From: Polyangiaceae bacterium
GTDB lineage: Bacteria > Myxococcota_A > Polyangia > Polyangiales > Polyangiaceae
Assembly: GCA_035063585.1 (NCBI GenBank)
Contig: JAPSGB010000002.1
Span: 96,001 to 160,000, forward strand
Direction: 5' to 3'
Length of the DNA stretch: 64,000 bases
Within the stretch, counting starts at the first letter, position 1. Each line of letters begins with the position of its first letter. Below the pieces are notes generated by a model. It saw nothing but the letters and a program-made list of their open reading frames with translations. It searched no databases and was not told where the DNA came from. This document shows positions 13,146-24,583 of the stretch, in pieces. The position numbers and the translations under genes were made by a program.

Positions 13146-13304
13146 CTATCCGAGCCGCTCCTCGCGCGCGCGCCGGTTCGCGTAGCACGCGGCGATTTCG
13201 TAGCAGGGCGTCGGCTCCGGCCGGTTCCCCTCCGGAAGCGCCCAGAGCTCGCGAGCGGGCGGGGCCGCATAACGGACCGCGACGTAGCTCGTCGAATCGT
13301 TCAC
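13146..13304 (-). CDS. Possible small protein (52 aa)
   Basis: GTG start 7 nt after a TATCAT box; TAG stop directly abuts the ATG of the next gene; no recognisable family. Confidence 0.3.
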   Translation of the reverse strand: MNDSTSYVAVRYAAPPARELWALPEGNRPEPTPCYEIAACYANRRAREERLG

Positions 13305-13359
13305 GGCCTCGATGATAGCCTGGGCGGCGCGCCTGCGCGACCGCGACACGCGCGCCCGC

Positions 13360-14589
<1,230 letters not shown>

Positions 14590-14672
14590 CCCGGCCTCCT
14601 CGGTGAGCCTCGAACCATATCAGGTCCCTCGGGAGCTTGCGGCGCGGCCGGACTCGCGCGAAAACCCGCCTG

Positions 14673-15197
14673 ATGACCACGAAGCCCCCGCCTCCCGCCA
14701 GCCCCGAGAAAGGCGCCCCCGGCGCGGCCGCCGAGAAGAGCGCCGCGCCCGCCCCGCCCAGCAAGTTCAAGCGCTTTCTCGTCCGCGCCGGGGTGGCGCT
14801 CGGGTTCGTGGGCGCCGCTTACGGCACCGGCCGGCTGCAGGGGCGCTCGGCGACGAGCGAGGCCGAGCGCGCCACCCAGGACGCCCGCGCCGAGACGGCC
14901 AGCGCCAAGCATGACACCGAGGCCGCCCGCGCGCTCATCGCGCGCCTGGAGGCGCGCCGCCGGCTCGACCGCGCGCTCCGCGAGATCGACCGCCGCAACT
15001 TCGGCATCGCCGCCGACGAGCTTCGCGACGGCGCCGCGCTGCTCGAGGCAAGCCGCCCGGACGGCGAGCTCGGCAAGCTCGCCACCGACTGGAAGGCCTA
15101 TCGGCTGATCGCCTCGGACGACGTCGCCAAGCAGCGCGGAGAGGTCCTCGCGTTCGCCGATCGCTTCGACGGGCTCGTCCCCCCGAAAAAGCCCTGA
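14673..15197 (+). CDS. Hypothetical membrane-anchored coiled-coil protein
   Basis: Single TM (AGVALGFVGAAYG) followed by a helical region; RRNFGIA motif. Confidence 0.7.
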   Translation: MTTKPPPPASPEKGAPGAAAEKSAAPAPPSKFKRFLVRAGVALGFVGAAYGTGRLQGRSATSEAERATQDARAETASAKHDTEAARALIARLEARRRLDRALREIDRRNFGIAADELRDGAALLEASRPDGELGKLATDWKAYRLIASDDVAKQRGEVLAFADRFDGLVPPKKP

Positions 15198-15247
15198 GCC
15201 GCCTCATCATCTTGCCGGTCCGGCGCGGAACCGACCAGGACGTCGAT

Positions 15248-15333
15248 GCAGCCGACGACGCGCCGCGAGAACGAGTCGAGGATGGCCGCGAGGAAGAGCC
15301 ATCCGGCGTGGGTACAGATGGCCGTCACATCAG
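15248..15333 (-). pseudogene. IS3-family integrase-core (rve) remnant
   Basis: Translates ADVTAICTHAGWLFLAAILDSFSRRVVG, matching the IS3 OrfB pattern D(I/V)T...GWLYLAxxxDxFSRRVVGW; cut off at the IS1380 terminal repeat. Confidence 0.7.
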
Positions 15334-15354
15334 CCTGGATTTCGCGTGTGCGAC
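15334..15354. repeat. IS1380 terminal inverted repeat (downstream end, IRR)
   Basis: CCTGGATTTCGCGTGTGCGAC. Confidence 0.9.
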
Positions 15355-15466
15355 CAGCTGCCGCAGCCGCGCGTCGTCGCGGGCCGTCGACCGCTCGCCG
15401 CGGCGTGAGTTTCGGATTCGCGAGACACTGCCCCCTTCCCCCCAACGTCGTTCGGTTGTGATCTGG

Positions 15467-16894
15467 TCAGCACAACATCTCCTGGAGCAGCGACTTCGGG
15501 TGGACATGCAGGTGCCGCTGGCGACCGGAGCGTGTGAGACGGCCTGGCACACGAAAGAGAGCGCGCGAGATCCACGGCATGCGCCACGACATCACGCGGG
15601 GCGCCCGCTCGGCCGTGTACCGCCGCACGAGGTTGTGCGTCAGGAGCTTGAGGAGGAACACGGCGTGATTCGCGTCGAAGGACTGGGTCGGGATCTTGCC
15701 GATGCCGATCGCGTTCTTGAGCTCGGCAATACGCGGTTCGATCTCGGCGCGGCCGTCGTACTCGTGCGCGATATCCTCCGCCGGCAAGTCGCTGTTGTTC
15801 GAGATGAAGACCTGGACTCCGTAGTCGAGGTGCTCCCAGAGTTGCACCTGCTTGCCGGTGTCGCGGTCCCGACGGCGGACCGCCACGACACGGTAGTCCT
15901 TGCTCCATTCGTTGCGGCGGAAGGCGAGGTCGCAGACCTGCACGAGCGGCTCGCCATCGGCATCCTCGTCGACGCTCTTCCAGCCGCTCGCGAGCAGCAA
16001 TGTGCCGAACAAGTCCGGCGTGAGACGCGCCTTGGTGACGAAGTACGCCCCGGTGCCATCGAGCGCTTCGAGGATCTTGGCGCAGTCGCCGGCAGAATCG
16101 ATCCGCGCCCAGACCGGGATGTTCTTCGGCGCGTGGCCGACCAGACGGCTCACATACCGGGCGATCAGTGGCGCCTGGTCGTTCCCGATCCCCTCATCCC
16201 CGGGTCGGAGCTGCGCGCCGATGCATGCGCCGGTCTCGGCGATCACGGCGAGCAACGGATGGTAGCTGTTGCGCCCGGGGTAGCGAGGGTTGTAGCCGAC
16301 GACCGCGCCCTGCTGGTGGCCGTGCGTCGTCTCGACTGTCGTGTCGATGTCGATGTGCAGCGAGTGCCACGTTCGCGCCTCGAGCGTTGCAAGCCCGTGG
16401 CTCGCCATCATGATCTCGAGCTGGGCAAGCTTCATGGGCTCGTCGTCGAACCGGGCGAGGCCACGGTACGCCGTGTCGATGCTCGGCACGACGCCGCCGG
16501 CAAGCTCGACGAAGAGCGGGTCCGACGCCAACGCTTCCAGTCCGAACACGCGCTGCTCGCCGACCACGTTGGCGTCGATCAGCATCCGAAGCTGCGCCTC
16601 CATCGGGTAGATGACTGTCGGGCCATCCTTCATCTCGAAGAAGGTAGCCCGCAGCTGCGCATCGAGGCCGATCTTCTCCAGGTACACTCCGAACGGTACC
16701 AGCCCGGCCACTCCGGTGAGCGTCGGGTCCGGGCGTCCGGCGCAAATCGCCGACGCTCGCGGCCGTCGGATCCGGGCGCTGCGTCGATTCCCGCCTCCGC
16801 GCTTGCCGCCGAGCCGATCCCGTCGCACCTTCTCGCTGTCCACCGCACGCTTCTTCTTGGATTTCATCACCCGTTGGACGCGTGCGGTGGGCAT
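15467..16894 (-). CDS. tnp: IS1380-family DDE transposase
   Basis: LTGVAGL, HIDIDTTV, GYNP...SYHPLL, LRPG, RIDSAG, YDGRAEIEPRIAELKN, SFDAN; start could be 16867. Confidence 0.9.
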   Translation of the reverse strand: MPTARVQRVMKSKKKRAVDSEKVRRDRLGGKRGGGNRRSARIRRPRASAICAGRPDPTLTGVAGLVPFGVYLEKIGLDAQLRATFFEMKDGPTVIYPMEAQLRMLIDANVVGEQRVFGLEALASDPLFVELAGGVVPSIDTAYRGLARFDDEPMKLAQLEIMMASHGLATLEARTWHSLHIDIDTTVETTHGHQQGAVVGYNPRYPGRNSYHPLLAVIAETGACIGAQLRPGDEGIGNDQAPLIARYVSRLVGHAPKNIPVWARIDSAGDCAKILEALDGTGAYFVTKARLTPDLFGTLLLASGWKSVDEDADGEPLVQVCDLAFRRNEWSKDYRVVAVRRRDRDTGKQVQLWEHLDYGVQVFISNNSDLPAEDIAHEYDGRAEIEPRIAELKNAIGIGKIPTQSFDANHAVFLLKLLTHNLVRRYTAERAPRVMSWRMPWISRALFRVPGRLTRSGRQRHLHVHPKSLLQEMLC

Positions 16895-17035
16895 TCCGGA
16901 TCACATCGCCGGAAGATCGGCCGACCGATCGGCGCTGTTGGACGCGCGCCGCGTTGCACCCCATGGATGAAGCGCGCCGGAGCGCGCTGTCGCGCAAACG
17001 GCCACGTTTCCCACTCGATCCGCGCGACGGGCCAA

Positions 17036-17056
17036 GTCGCACATGCGAAATCCAGG
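17036..17056. repeat. IS1380 terminal inverted repeat (upstream end, IRL)
   Basis: GTCGCACATGCGAAATCCAGG; reverse complement matches the other end at 20/21. Confidence 0.9.
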
Positions 17057-17169
17057 TTCATGGGATGCGATGGCCGACACGTCAATGGCTGTTGCCGACG
17101 GGCGAGCTGCTCGCTTGTGACTCGGTCCGCGGAAGAGAAGGCTGCCAAGAGGCATGCCCCTTCCCTCAC

Positions 17170-18819
<1,650 letters not shown>

Positions 18820-18857
18820 TCAACCTCTCCTCGACCAGAGCGCGCGCGGGAGCCGCG

Positions 18858-20426
18858 CTAACGCGGGCGCCGCTCGCTGAGCCACGCCCCCACACCCACC
18901 GCGAGCGCGGCGACCGCGAGCGCAATGTTCCAGGCCCCCAGCGACGCGCCGAGCGGCTTGAACTGGACGAGCGCCTCGACCAACCGGACGCCGAGCGCGG
19001 CTGCGCCGTAGGTGACCACGCTCGCCGCGAGCGCGCGCCGGAGCCGTCGCGCGACCTCCACCGAGCGGACGCTGCTCGTCCACACCCGACGCGCGAGGTA
19101 ACGGATCCAGACGGTCGCGGGGGTGAGTGTGGCGACCGCGACGCCGACCGTCACCAGCGTCGCCTCGCTGACCGAGAGCGGCTCGCCGCCGCCGTGCAGG
19201 GCGCGGACCGCATCAGCGAGGCTGGTGACCACGCAGCCCATCACCCAGAGCCAGGCGCCGGCCGAGAGCACGACGAGGAGCGGCCGCGCCGCGCGCGCCT
19301 CTTGCGTCACCTGCGCGATGCTCTCTGCGACCGCGCTCGCCGACACCGCGGGGAGCGTCTTGTCGGTCGACCCGCCGGAGACTACCGGCGACGACGCGAC
19401 CACCACGGTCTTCGGCGCGGAGGCGGGGCTCGCCTGCGTGTCGAACGGGGCGAGAGCGAGATCGAGCGCCGTCATCGATTCGTAACGCTCGGCTGGATTT
19501 TTCGCCATCGCGCGCTCGATCACGAGCTCGAGCGCCTCCGGGATGGACGGCTCGAGCTGCCGCGGCCGGGTAGGCTCATCGGTGAGCACCTGCCCGAGGA
19601 TGGTGGTCGCCTCCTCGGCGTCGAACGGTTTGTGGCCGGTGAGCGCGCGGTACAGGATGGCGCCGGCTGCGTAGACGTCGGCGCGGCGATCCACCTTGGC
19701 GCCGCGCGCCTGCTCCGGCGCCATGTACGACGGCGTGCCCATCACCATCCCGGTCTGGGTCAGGGTGCTCCCGGCGGCGGTCTGCTTCGAAATCCCGAAA
19801 TCCAGGATCTTCGCGAACGGGTGCGACAAGTCGCCGGTCAGAAACACGTTCTCCGGCTTCATGTCGCGGTGGATGACGCCGTGCTCGTGCGCGGCCTCGA
19901 GCGCCTGGCACACCTGGCGCACGATCCGCACCGCCGCTGGCGCGTCGAGGCGCCCGACGCGATCGAGCAGCGCGCCGAGCTCCTCACCATCCAGAAACTC
20001 CCCGACGATGTAGGGGCGGCCGTCGGGCAACCGATGGACGTCATAGACGCCGACGATGTTCGGGTGACCGATCGCGCTCGCCGACTCCGCCTCGCGCTGA
20101 AAACGCGCGACGACCTCGGGCTGCCGCGCGTACTCGTCATGCAGGAGCTTGATGGCGAAGCGCTTGTTGTGGAGCCGGAGGTGGCGCGCCTCGTAGACGC
20201 GCCCCATGCCACCCTCGCCGATCACGCGCACGACCTGGTACGACTCGCCGATGGTCGCGCCGATGAGCGGGTCGTCCCCATCCCCGGCGGCGTCGTCGAG
20301 CGGGGTCGCATCGTGCGGACAGACCTTGAAGTCCGCCGGGTATCGCCGACCGCAGGCCGGGCACACGCGCGGCAGCGTCGCGCTCGCGTTCTCGTCCGAG
20401 CTCACCATCGCAGAGACCGACTGCAT
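18858..20426 (-). CDS. Hanks-type Ser/Thr protein kinase with N-terminal CxxC..CxxD ribbon and C-terminal TM helices
   Basis: CPACG..CPHD, GEGGMG, AIK, HRDMKPEN, DFG, YMAPE; hydrophobic C-terminus; start may be 20408. Confidence 0.93.
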   Translation of the reverse strand: MQSVSAMVSSDENASATLPRVCPACGRRYPADFKVCPHDATPLDDAAGDGDDPLIGATIGESYQVVRVIGEGGMGRVYEARHLRLHNKRFAIKLLHDEYARQPEVVARFQREAESASAIGHPNIVGVYDVHRLPDGRPYIVGEFLDGEELGALLDRVGRLDAPAAVRIVRQVCQALEAAHEHGVIHRDMKPENVFLTGDLSHPFAKILDFGISKQTAAGSTLTQTGMVMGTPSYMAPEQARGAKVDRRADVYAAGAILYRALTGHKPFDAEEATTILGQVLTDEPTRPRQLEPSIPEALELVIERAMAKNPAERYESMTALDLALAPFDTQASPASAPKTVVVASSPVVSGGSTDKTLPAVSASAVAESIAQVTQEARAARPLLVVLSAGAWLWVMGCVVTSLADAVRALHGGGEPLSVSEATLVTVGVAVATLTPATVWIRYLARRVWTSSVRSVEVARRLRRALAASVVTYGAAALGVRLVEALVQFKPLGASLGAWNIALAVAALAVGVGAWLSERRPR

Positions 20427-20666
20427 CCGAATCCTGGCCGCGCCGTGGGCGAGCGAGCTCGGCCGGTCGGCACGCGACTACCGGGAAGCTTAGCGTCAAC
20501 TCCTCGCGCCAGGGTATCCGAGACTGGGACGACCCGGGCTCGCCGGGGAGCCGCCCCGCGGCCGCAGGCCTCGTGTGAGCAAATGTCGGTTCGTCGCGGC
20601 CGGCGGCGCGGCCCGCGGGCCCGGGGCGTTGCCGTCACGAGAAATCGGGACCAAGCTCTCCTCCCG

Positions 20667-21023
20667 GTGACCTGCTCGCTCCGCCGCCAGCTCGCGGTCC
20701 TGGTGGCATCGCTCTTCGCGGTGCTCGCCGGGAGCCCGCCGCTCGCTTCTTCGGAGTGGAGGCTCGTCGAGTCGCCGGAGCTGTCCAGCCCGGCCCACGA
20801 TGGCAGCGAGTGTCAGCCGGCCACCCCGTCGGTGAACGAGACACCGGACGTCCCGGAGGCCCCGCAGAACCTCGCGCTCGAGCCGACGCCTTGGCTCGCC
20901 GGCGCGCCGCCCGCCGAACCGTCGGCGCTCCTGCCGCTCGGTCCGGTCGCACACGCGCGGCCTGGAGCGCGCTCACTCCCCCCGAGCGCGCGCGCTCCTC
21001 CGAGCACCCGGCTGGTCGGCTAG
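20667..21023 (+). CDS. Putative leader/arrest peptide with N-terminal signal-like segment and C-terminal RAPP motif
   Basis: GTG start (in-frame ATG alternative at 20583); RRQLAVLVASLFAVLAG hydrophobic stretch; Pro-rich spacer; ends PPSARAPPSTRLVG*. Confidence 0.55.
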   Translation: MTCSLRRQLAVLVASLFAVLAGSPPLASSEWRLVESPELSSPAHDGSECQPATPSVNETPDVPEAPQNLALEPTPWLAGAPPAEPSALLPLGPVAHARPGARSLPPSARAPPSTRLVG

Positions 21024-21220
21024 TCGATCGGCGCCGAGGCTCACTCGCGTCCTCCGTCGGGCGCTCGCGCAGGCTCTCGAAGTCACGTCGTCGGCTGGCC
21101 GCGTGCCGCGTTCGCGCGGCGCCCGCGCCGCGGCCCACGGGAGAGGGGCCGCGTCATCGTTCGACGGTCCCGCTCGCTCACTCGACTCGAACCGCGCGCT
21201 CGCCGCGCGCCGTGGATCCC

Positions 21221-22489
21221 ATGAAGACTTCACCGCCCTCACAGTGCCTCGTGTTCGATCCGGAGCACGAATCCCAAGACCTTCCAGGTTTCCTGATCGC
21301 GCTCGGCCTTCGGGTGACCGTGGCCCCGAGCGCGGCAGCGGCGCTCCGCGCCGCCGCCGCGACCCCGCATCACGTCGCGTTCGTCAGCGTGCGTTCCCGC
21401 GACCCGGCCGGCTTCGAGCTCGTCTCGACGCTGCTCTCCTCGTGCCACGCGCTCGAGGTGGTCGCGCTGGTTCGCCCGTCTGACCTCGCGGCGGCGCTCG
21501 AGGCCGGCCGGCGAGGCGCGCGCTCGTGCCTCCCGCACGCGTCGCCCTTTGCGGACGTCGATCGCCTCATCGACGACCGCTCGCGCGCCTTCACGCCGCA
21601 GGACGACGAGCTCGTGGCGCGGTCTCCGGCCATGCGCATGGTGGCGAGCGCGGTGCTCAAGGCGGCTGGCTCCGATGCGCCGCTCCTGCTCCGTGGTGAG
21701 CGCGGCTCCGGGCGGGAGGCGCTGGCCCGCCTCGCGCACGCGCGCGGCGCTCGGGCCGCGCTCCGGTTCGAGGTCGTGCGCTGCGCGGAGCTCACCGCGC
21801 GCGAGCTCACGACCGTGGTACCCGCGCGGCTCGACCGAGCCAAGGGCGCCACCCTGTACCTCGACGAGGTGAGCGAGCTCCCCGCCGACGTCCAGCGGCG
21901 TCTCTCGCGAGCGCTCGACCCGGACGACGCGGGCTCGCGCGACGCGGCTCGCTTGATCGCCTCGACGAGCGCTGGGCTCTCGGGCTCGACCGCGGCCCCC
22001 TTCGACGCCGAGTTGCTCCGTCGTCTGTCGGTGCTCACCCTCGACGTGCCCCCGCTGCGCGAGCGGCCGGAGGACATTCTGCCCCTCGCCGTGCGCATGC
22101 TCGGCGAGCTCGCGGGCCGTGCGGAGCGACCGGCGCCCGAGCTCGACGAGAGCGCACGAGCCGCGCTCGCGGGCTACGACTGGCCCGGAAATTTGCCGGA
22201 GCTCCGCGGCGAGCTCGAGCGCGCGCTCACCATGACCGGGGCCGGCCTCATCCACGCGAGCGCGCTATCGAGCAGGCTCCACTCGACGAGCCGCGCGCTC
22301 CCCTATCTCGGCGGCGACTTCACCCTGGAAGAGATCGAGCGCACGCACATCGAGCGGATCCTCGCGCGCAGCCGGACCTTCGACGGCGCGGCCGAGCTCC
22401 TCGGCATCGACGACTCGACGCTCTGGCGCAAGCGCAAGCGCTACGCGAGCGGCCGCTCGCCGAGCCGAGGGAGCGACCACGCCGCGTGA
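21221..22489 (+). CDS. Degenerate sigma54-dependent (NtrC/AlgB-like) regulator: pseudo-receiver, AAA+, Fis-type HTH
   Basis: RGERGSGRE (Walker A-like), LYLDEV, VPPLRERPEDI, YDWPGNLPEL, TLEEIERTHI...AAELLGIDDSTLWRKRK. Confidence 0.85.
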   Translation: MKTSPPSQCLVFDPEHESQDLPGFLIALGLRVTVAPSAAAALRAAAATPHHVAFVSVRSRDPAGFELVSTLLSSCHALEVVALVRPSDLAAALEAGRRGARSCLPHASPFADVDRLIDDRSRAFTPQDDELVARSPAMRMVASAVLKAAGSDAPLLLRGERGSGREALARLAHARGARAALRFEVVRCAELTARELTTVVPARLDRAKGATLYLDEVSELPADVQRRLSRALDPDDAGSRDAARLIASTSAGLSGSTAAPFDAELLRRLSVLTLDVPPLRERPEDILPLAVRMLGELAGRAERPAPELDESARAALAGYDWPGNLPELRGELERALTMTGAGLIHASALSSRLHSTSRALPYLGGDFTLEEIERTHIERILARSRTFDGAAELLGIDDSTLWRKRKRYASGRSPSRGSDHAA

Positions 22490-22528
22490 CCGTGCGCCGC
22501 GACGCTCCGCGCCGCCCGGGCGCGTGGA

Positions 22529-22933
22529 TCAGGCGCGCCCCTCGCGCTGGCGCCGGCGGCGCTCGAGGTAGAAGTGAACGAGCACCCCGGCGCTCACCAT
22601 GAAGACCGACCACTCCCACACCAAGATCGCGCTCTCTTCGGTGAACCGCAGGCCCGCGACCCCATTCACCAGGCGGACCATGAAGGAGCTGTGGTCGCCG
22701 AACCCGGTGCCGCCTCGATGACGCAGCTCGCGCGCGCCGGTGGTGAGCACGCACTCGCCGAGCGCGCTGTGCGAGAGCCGCGTCACCACCACGAAGGCGA
22801 GCGCGTAGACCACGTACGCGCGGCTCCACTTCGGGTATCGATGCCAGAAGAGCAGCGGCAGACCGAGCACCCACACGATCATCGCGAGCGCGTGGAGCGC
22901 GTCGACCAGGTTCGCGAGAGCTTCGAGCGCCAT
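22529..22933 (-). CDS. Small membrane protein, DUF2784-like
   Basis: LANLVDALHAL, GECVLT...ELR (resembles CPLT motif), three TM segments. Confidence 0.65.
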   Translation of the reverse strand: MALEALANLVDALHALAMIVWVLGLPLLFWHRYPKWSRAYVVYALAFVVVTRLSHSALGECVLTTGARELRHRGGTGFGDHSSFMVRLVNGVAGLRFTEESAILVWEWSVFMVSAGVLVHFYLERRRRQREGRA

Positions 22934-23055
22934 GGTAGCCGTGGTCCCCTCACGCGCGAGCGGCTCGCGTCGCCGCCCCCCCATCGTGAAGTCGGCGGCC
23001 CCCGCGAGCTCGGGTCGCGTCGAGGCGCAGGCCGCCGCTCCGCGACCCCGGTCGC

Positions 23056-23559
23056 TCACCTTGCCTTCACGTCGATCTGCTTGGGCTTGGCCTCGGGCCG
23101 CTTCGGCACGGTGAGCGTGAGGACCCCATCCTTGAGGTCCGCCGTGATCTGCTCGGCGTCGATCCCCTCCGGCAGGGTGAAGCTCCGAGAGAACGACCCG
23201 TAGCTGCGCTCGCAGGCGTAGTAGGTGTCGGTCTTCTCTTCCTTCTCGGCTTCACGCCGCCCGGTCACGGCGAGGCGGTTGTGGGACAGCTTGATGTCCA
23301 GATCCTTCACGTCTACGCCAGGCATGTCGGCGACGAACACGAAGCCGTCCTTCGTCTCCTTGACCTCGAACGCCGGCATGAACTGCGCGGGCTCGCCGGT
23401 CTGCCACGAGGGCAGCATCTCCGAGAACGGATCGAAGCGCATCAGGTCCCGCATCATGCGGAACGGCTCCCACGCGCGCGGCGTCACCGCCGCGACCGCC
23501 TGGGCGGGCGCCGTGGGGAGCTTCCCGCCGTTTTCCTTGTGAACTGATATGGTTGCCAT
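23056..23559 (-). CDS. Hsp20/alpha-crystallin small heat-shock protein
   Basis: PAFEVKET, ADMPGV, ERSYGSFSRSFTLP, LKDGVLTLTVPK; GGAGGG RBS. Confidence 0.95.
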   Translation of the reverse strand: MATISVHKENGGKLPTAPAQAVAAVTPRAWEPFRMMRDLMRFDPFSEMLPSWQTGEPAQFMPAFEVKETKDGFVFVADMPGVDVKDLDIKLSHNRLAVTGRREAEKEEKTDTYYACERSYGSFSRSFTLPEGIDAEQITADLKDGVLTLTVPKRPEAKPKQIDVKAR

Positions 23560-23812
23560 ATTTCCCTCCGTCTCACCGGCGATGCCGGTCCCTGCCTCGC
23601 TCGGGCAGGCACCCTCCGCGTAGCAACTCACGTTCCAATCACGTCACCGCGACGAGACCCTCGACGCGCGCACTTCTGTCGCCGAGGGGAGCGGAGAAGG
23701 TGTGGATACGAGCCGCGGCTGGCCCGAAATCGCGTCTATGATCGCGCGGCTCCGGACTGTGCGAAACGGCTGCGCCGGTGCGGCCCCGACTCGCGAACCC
23801 TGCGCGGAGGGG

Positions 23813-24463
23813 TCAACCCGGGTGCGCCGCGCGATCCGCGATCACCCGGACGTCCGCCGCGCGGATCCACGCCGCGGGGATGTCGTCGCCCGCGAGCAGC
23901 CGGGCGAGCGGCTCGCGCTTGCCCGCGCCGGTGACCAGAAATAGGACGAGCCGCGCGCTCTCGAGCGCGCGCAGCGTGAGCGTGACTCGGTCGGGCGGCG
24001 GCTTCGGCGCGCCATGCACCGGGGCGACCCGCGAGTCCGCGAACGCCACGCTCCGCTGCCCGGGAAAGAGCGACGCCGTGTGACCGTCCTCGCCGAGGCC
24101 GAGCAAGACCACGTCGAAGGGCATGAGCGCCGCGAGCTCGGGCTCGAGCGCCCGGGCTGCGGCCTCGGCGCCGCGCTCGGCGGGGAACCGGTGCAGGCGA
24201 TAGCCGAGCTCGCCGAGCATGGCCGCGATCATGGCGTCGTTGCGCTCCGCGTGCCCGACCGGCAGGCAGCGCTCGTCCGACGGAACCAGCGTGATCTTCC
24301 CCCACGGAAGCGGCGCGTCACCGAGGAGCTGGAAGGTGCGCTCGGGCGTGCGGCCGCCGGCGAGCACCGCCGTGCCGCCCGCGCCGAGCGCGCCGGCGAT
24401 GAGCGCGGCCGCGCGGCGGCTTGCCCCCTCGTGAGCCTCCTCGAGCTCGAGCTGGATCGTCAT
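23813..24463 (-). CDS. pgl: 6-phosphogluconolactonase
   Basis: LAGGRTP, DERCLP, FDVVLLGLGEDGHTASLFP, PKPPPDRVTLT, VTGAGK; GAGGAG RBS. Confidence 0.92.
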   Translation of the reverse strand: MTIQLELEEAHEGASRRAAALIAGALGAGGTAVLAGGRTPERTFQLLGDAPLPWGKITLVPSDERCLPVGHAERNDAMIAAMLGELGYRLHRFPAERGAEAAARALEPELAALMPFDVVLLGLGEDGHTASLFPGQRSVAFADSRVAPVHGAPKPPPDRVTLTLRALESARLVLFLVTGAGKREPLARLLAGDDIPAAWIRAADVRVIADRAAHPG

Positions 24464-24583
24464 CGGGCGCTCCTCGCTCGCGAGAGCCTAGACGACCCGA
24501 GCCACGCCGGCCAGGCCGCGCGAGGCCTCGAGTCGCGGCCGCCACGGCTTGCCGCTCGAGCGCGGCGCCGGTAGGGCTCGCTC

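Larger units (their letters stand above)
15334..17056 (-). mobile_element. IS1380-family insertion sequence (1723 bp)
   Basis: Terminal inverted repeats CCTGGATTTCGC(G/A)TGTGCGAC, 21 bp with 1 mismatch, at 15334-15354 and 17036-17056, enclosing one transposase. Confidence 0.9.

Noticed and set aside
15198..15225. Surrogate IRR plus target duplication (CTCAT/ATCAT vs TTCAT) delimiting a captured segment
   Set aside because: Only a 4/5 match and weak similarity to the IR; insufficient to call
23560..23600. Hairpin ACCGGC-ATC-GCCGGT before the hsp20 RBS as a ROSE thermometer or sigma54 promoter
   Set aside because: The stem does not pair with the SD and I see no U(U/C)GCU ROSE motif; spacing gives GG-N10-GA, not GC
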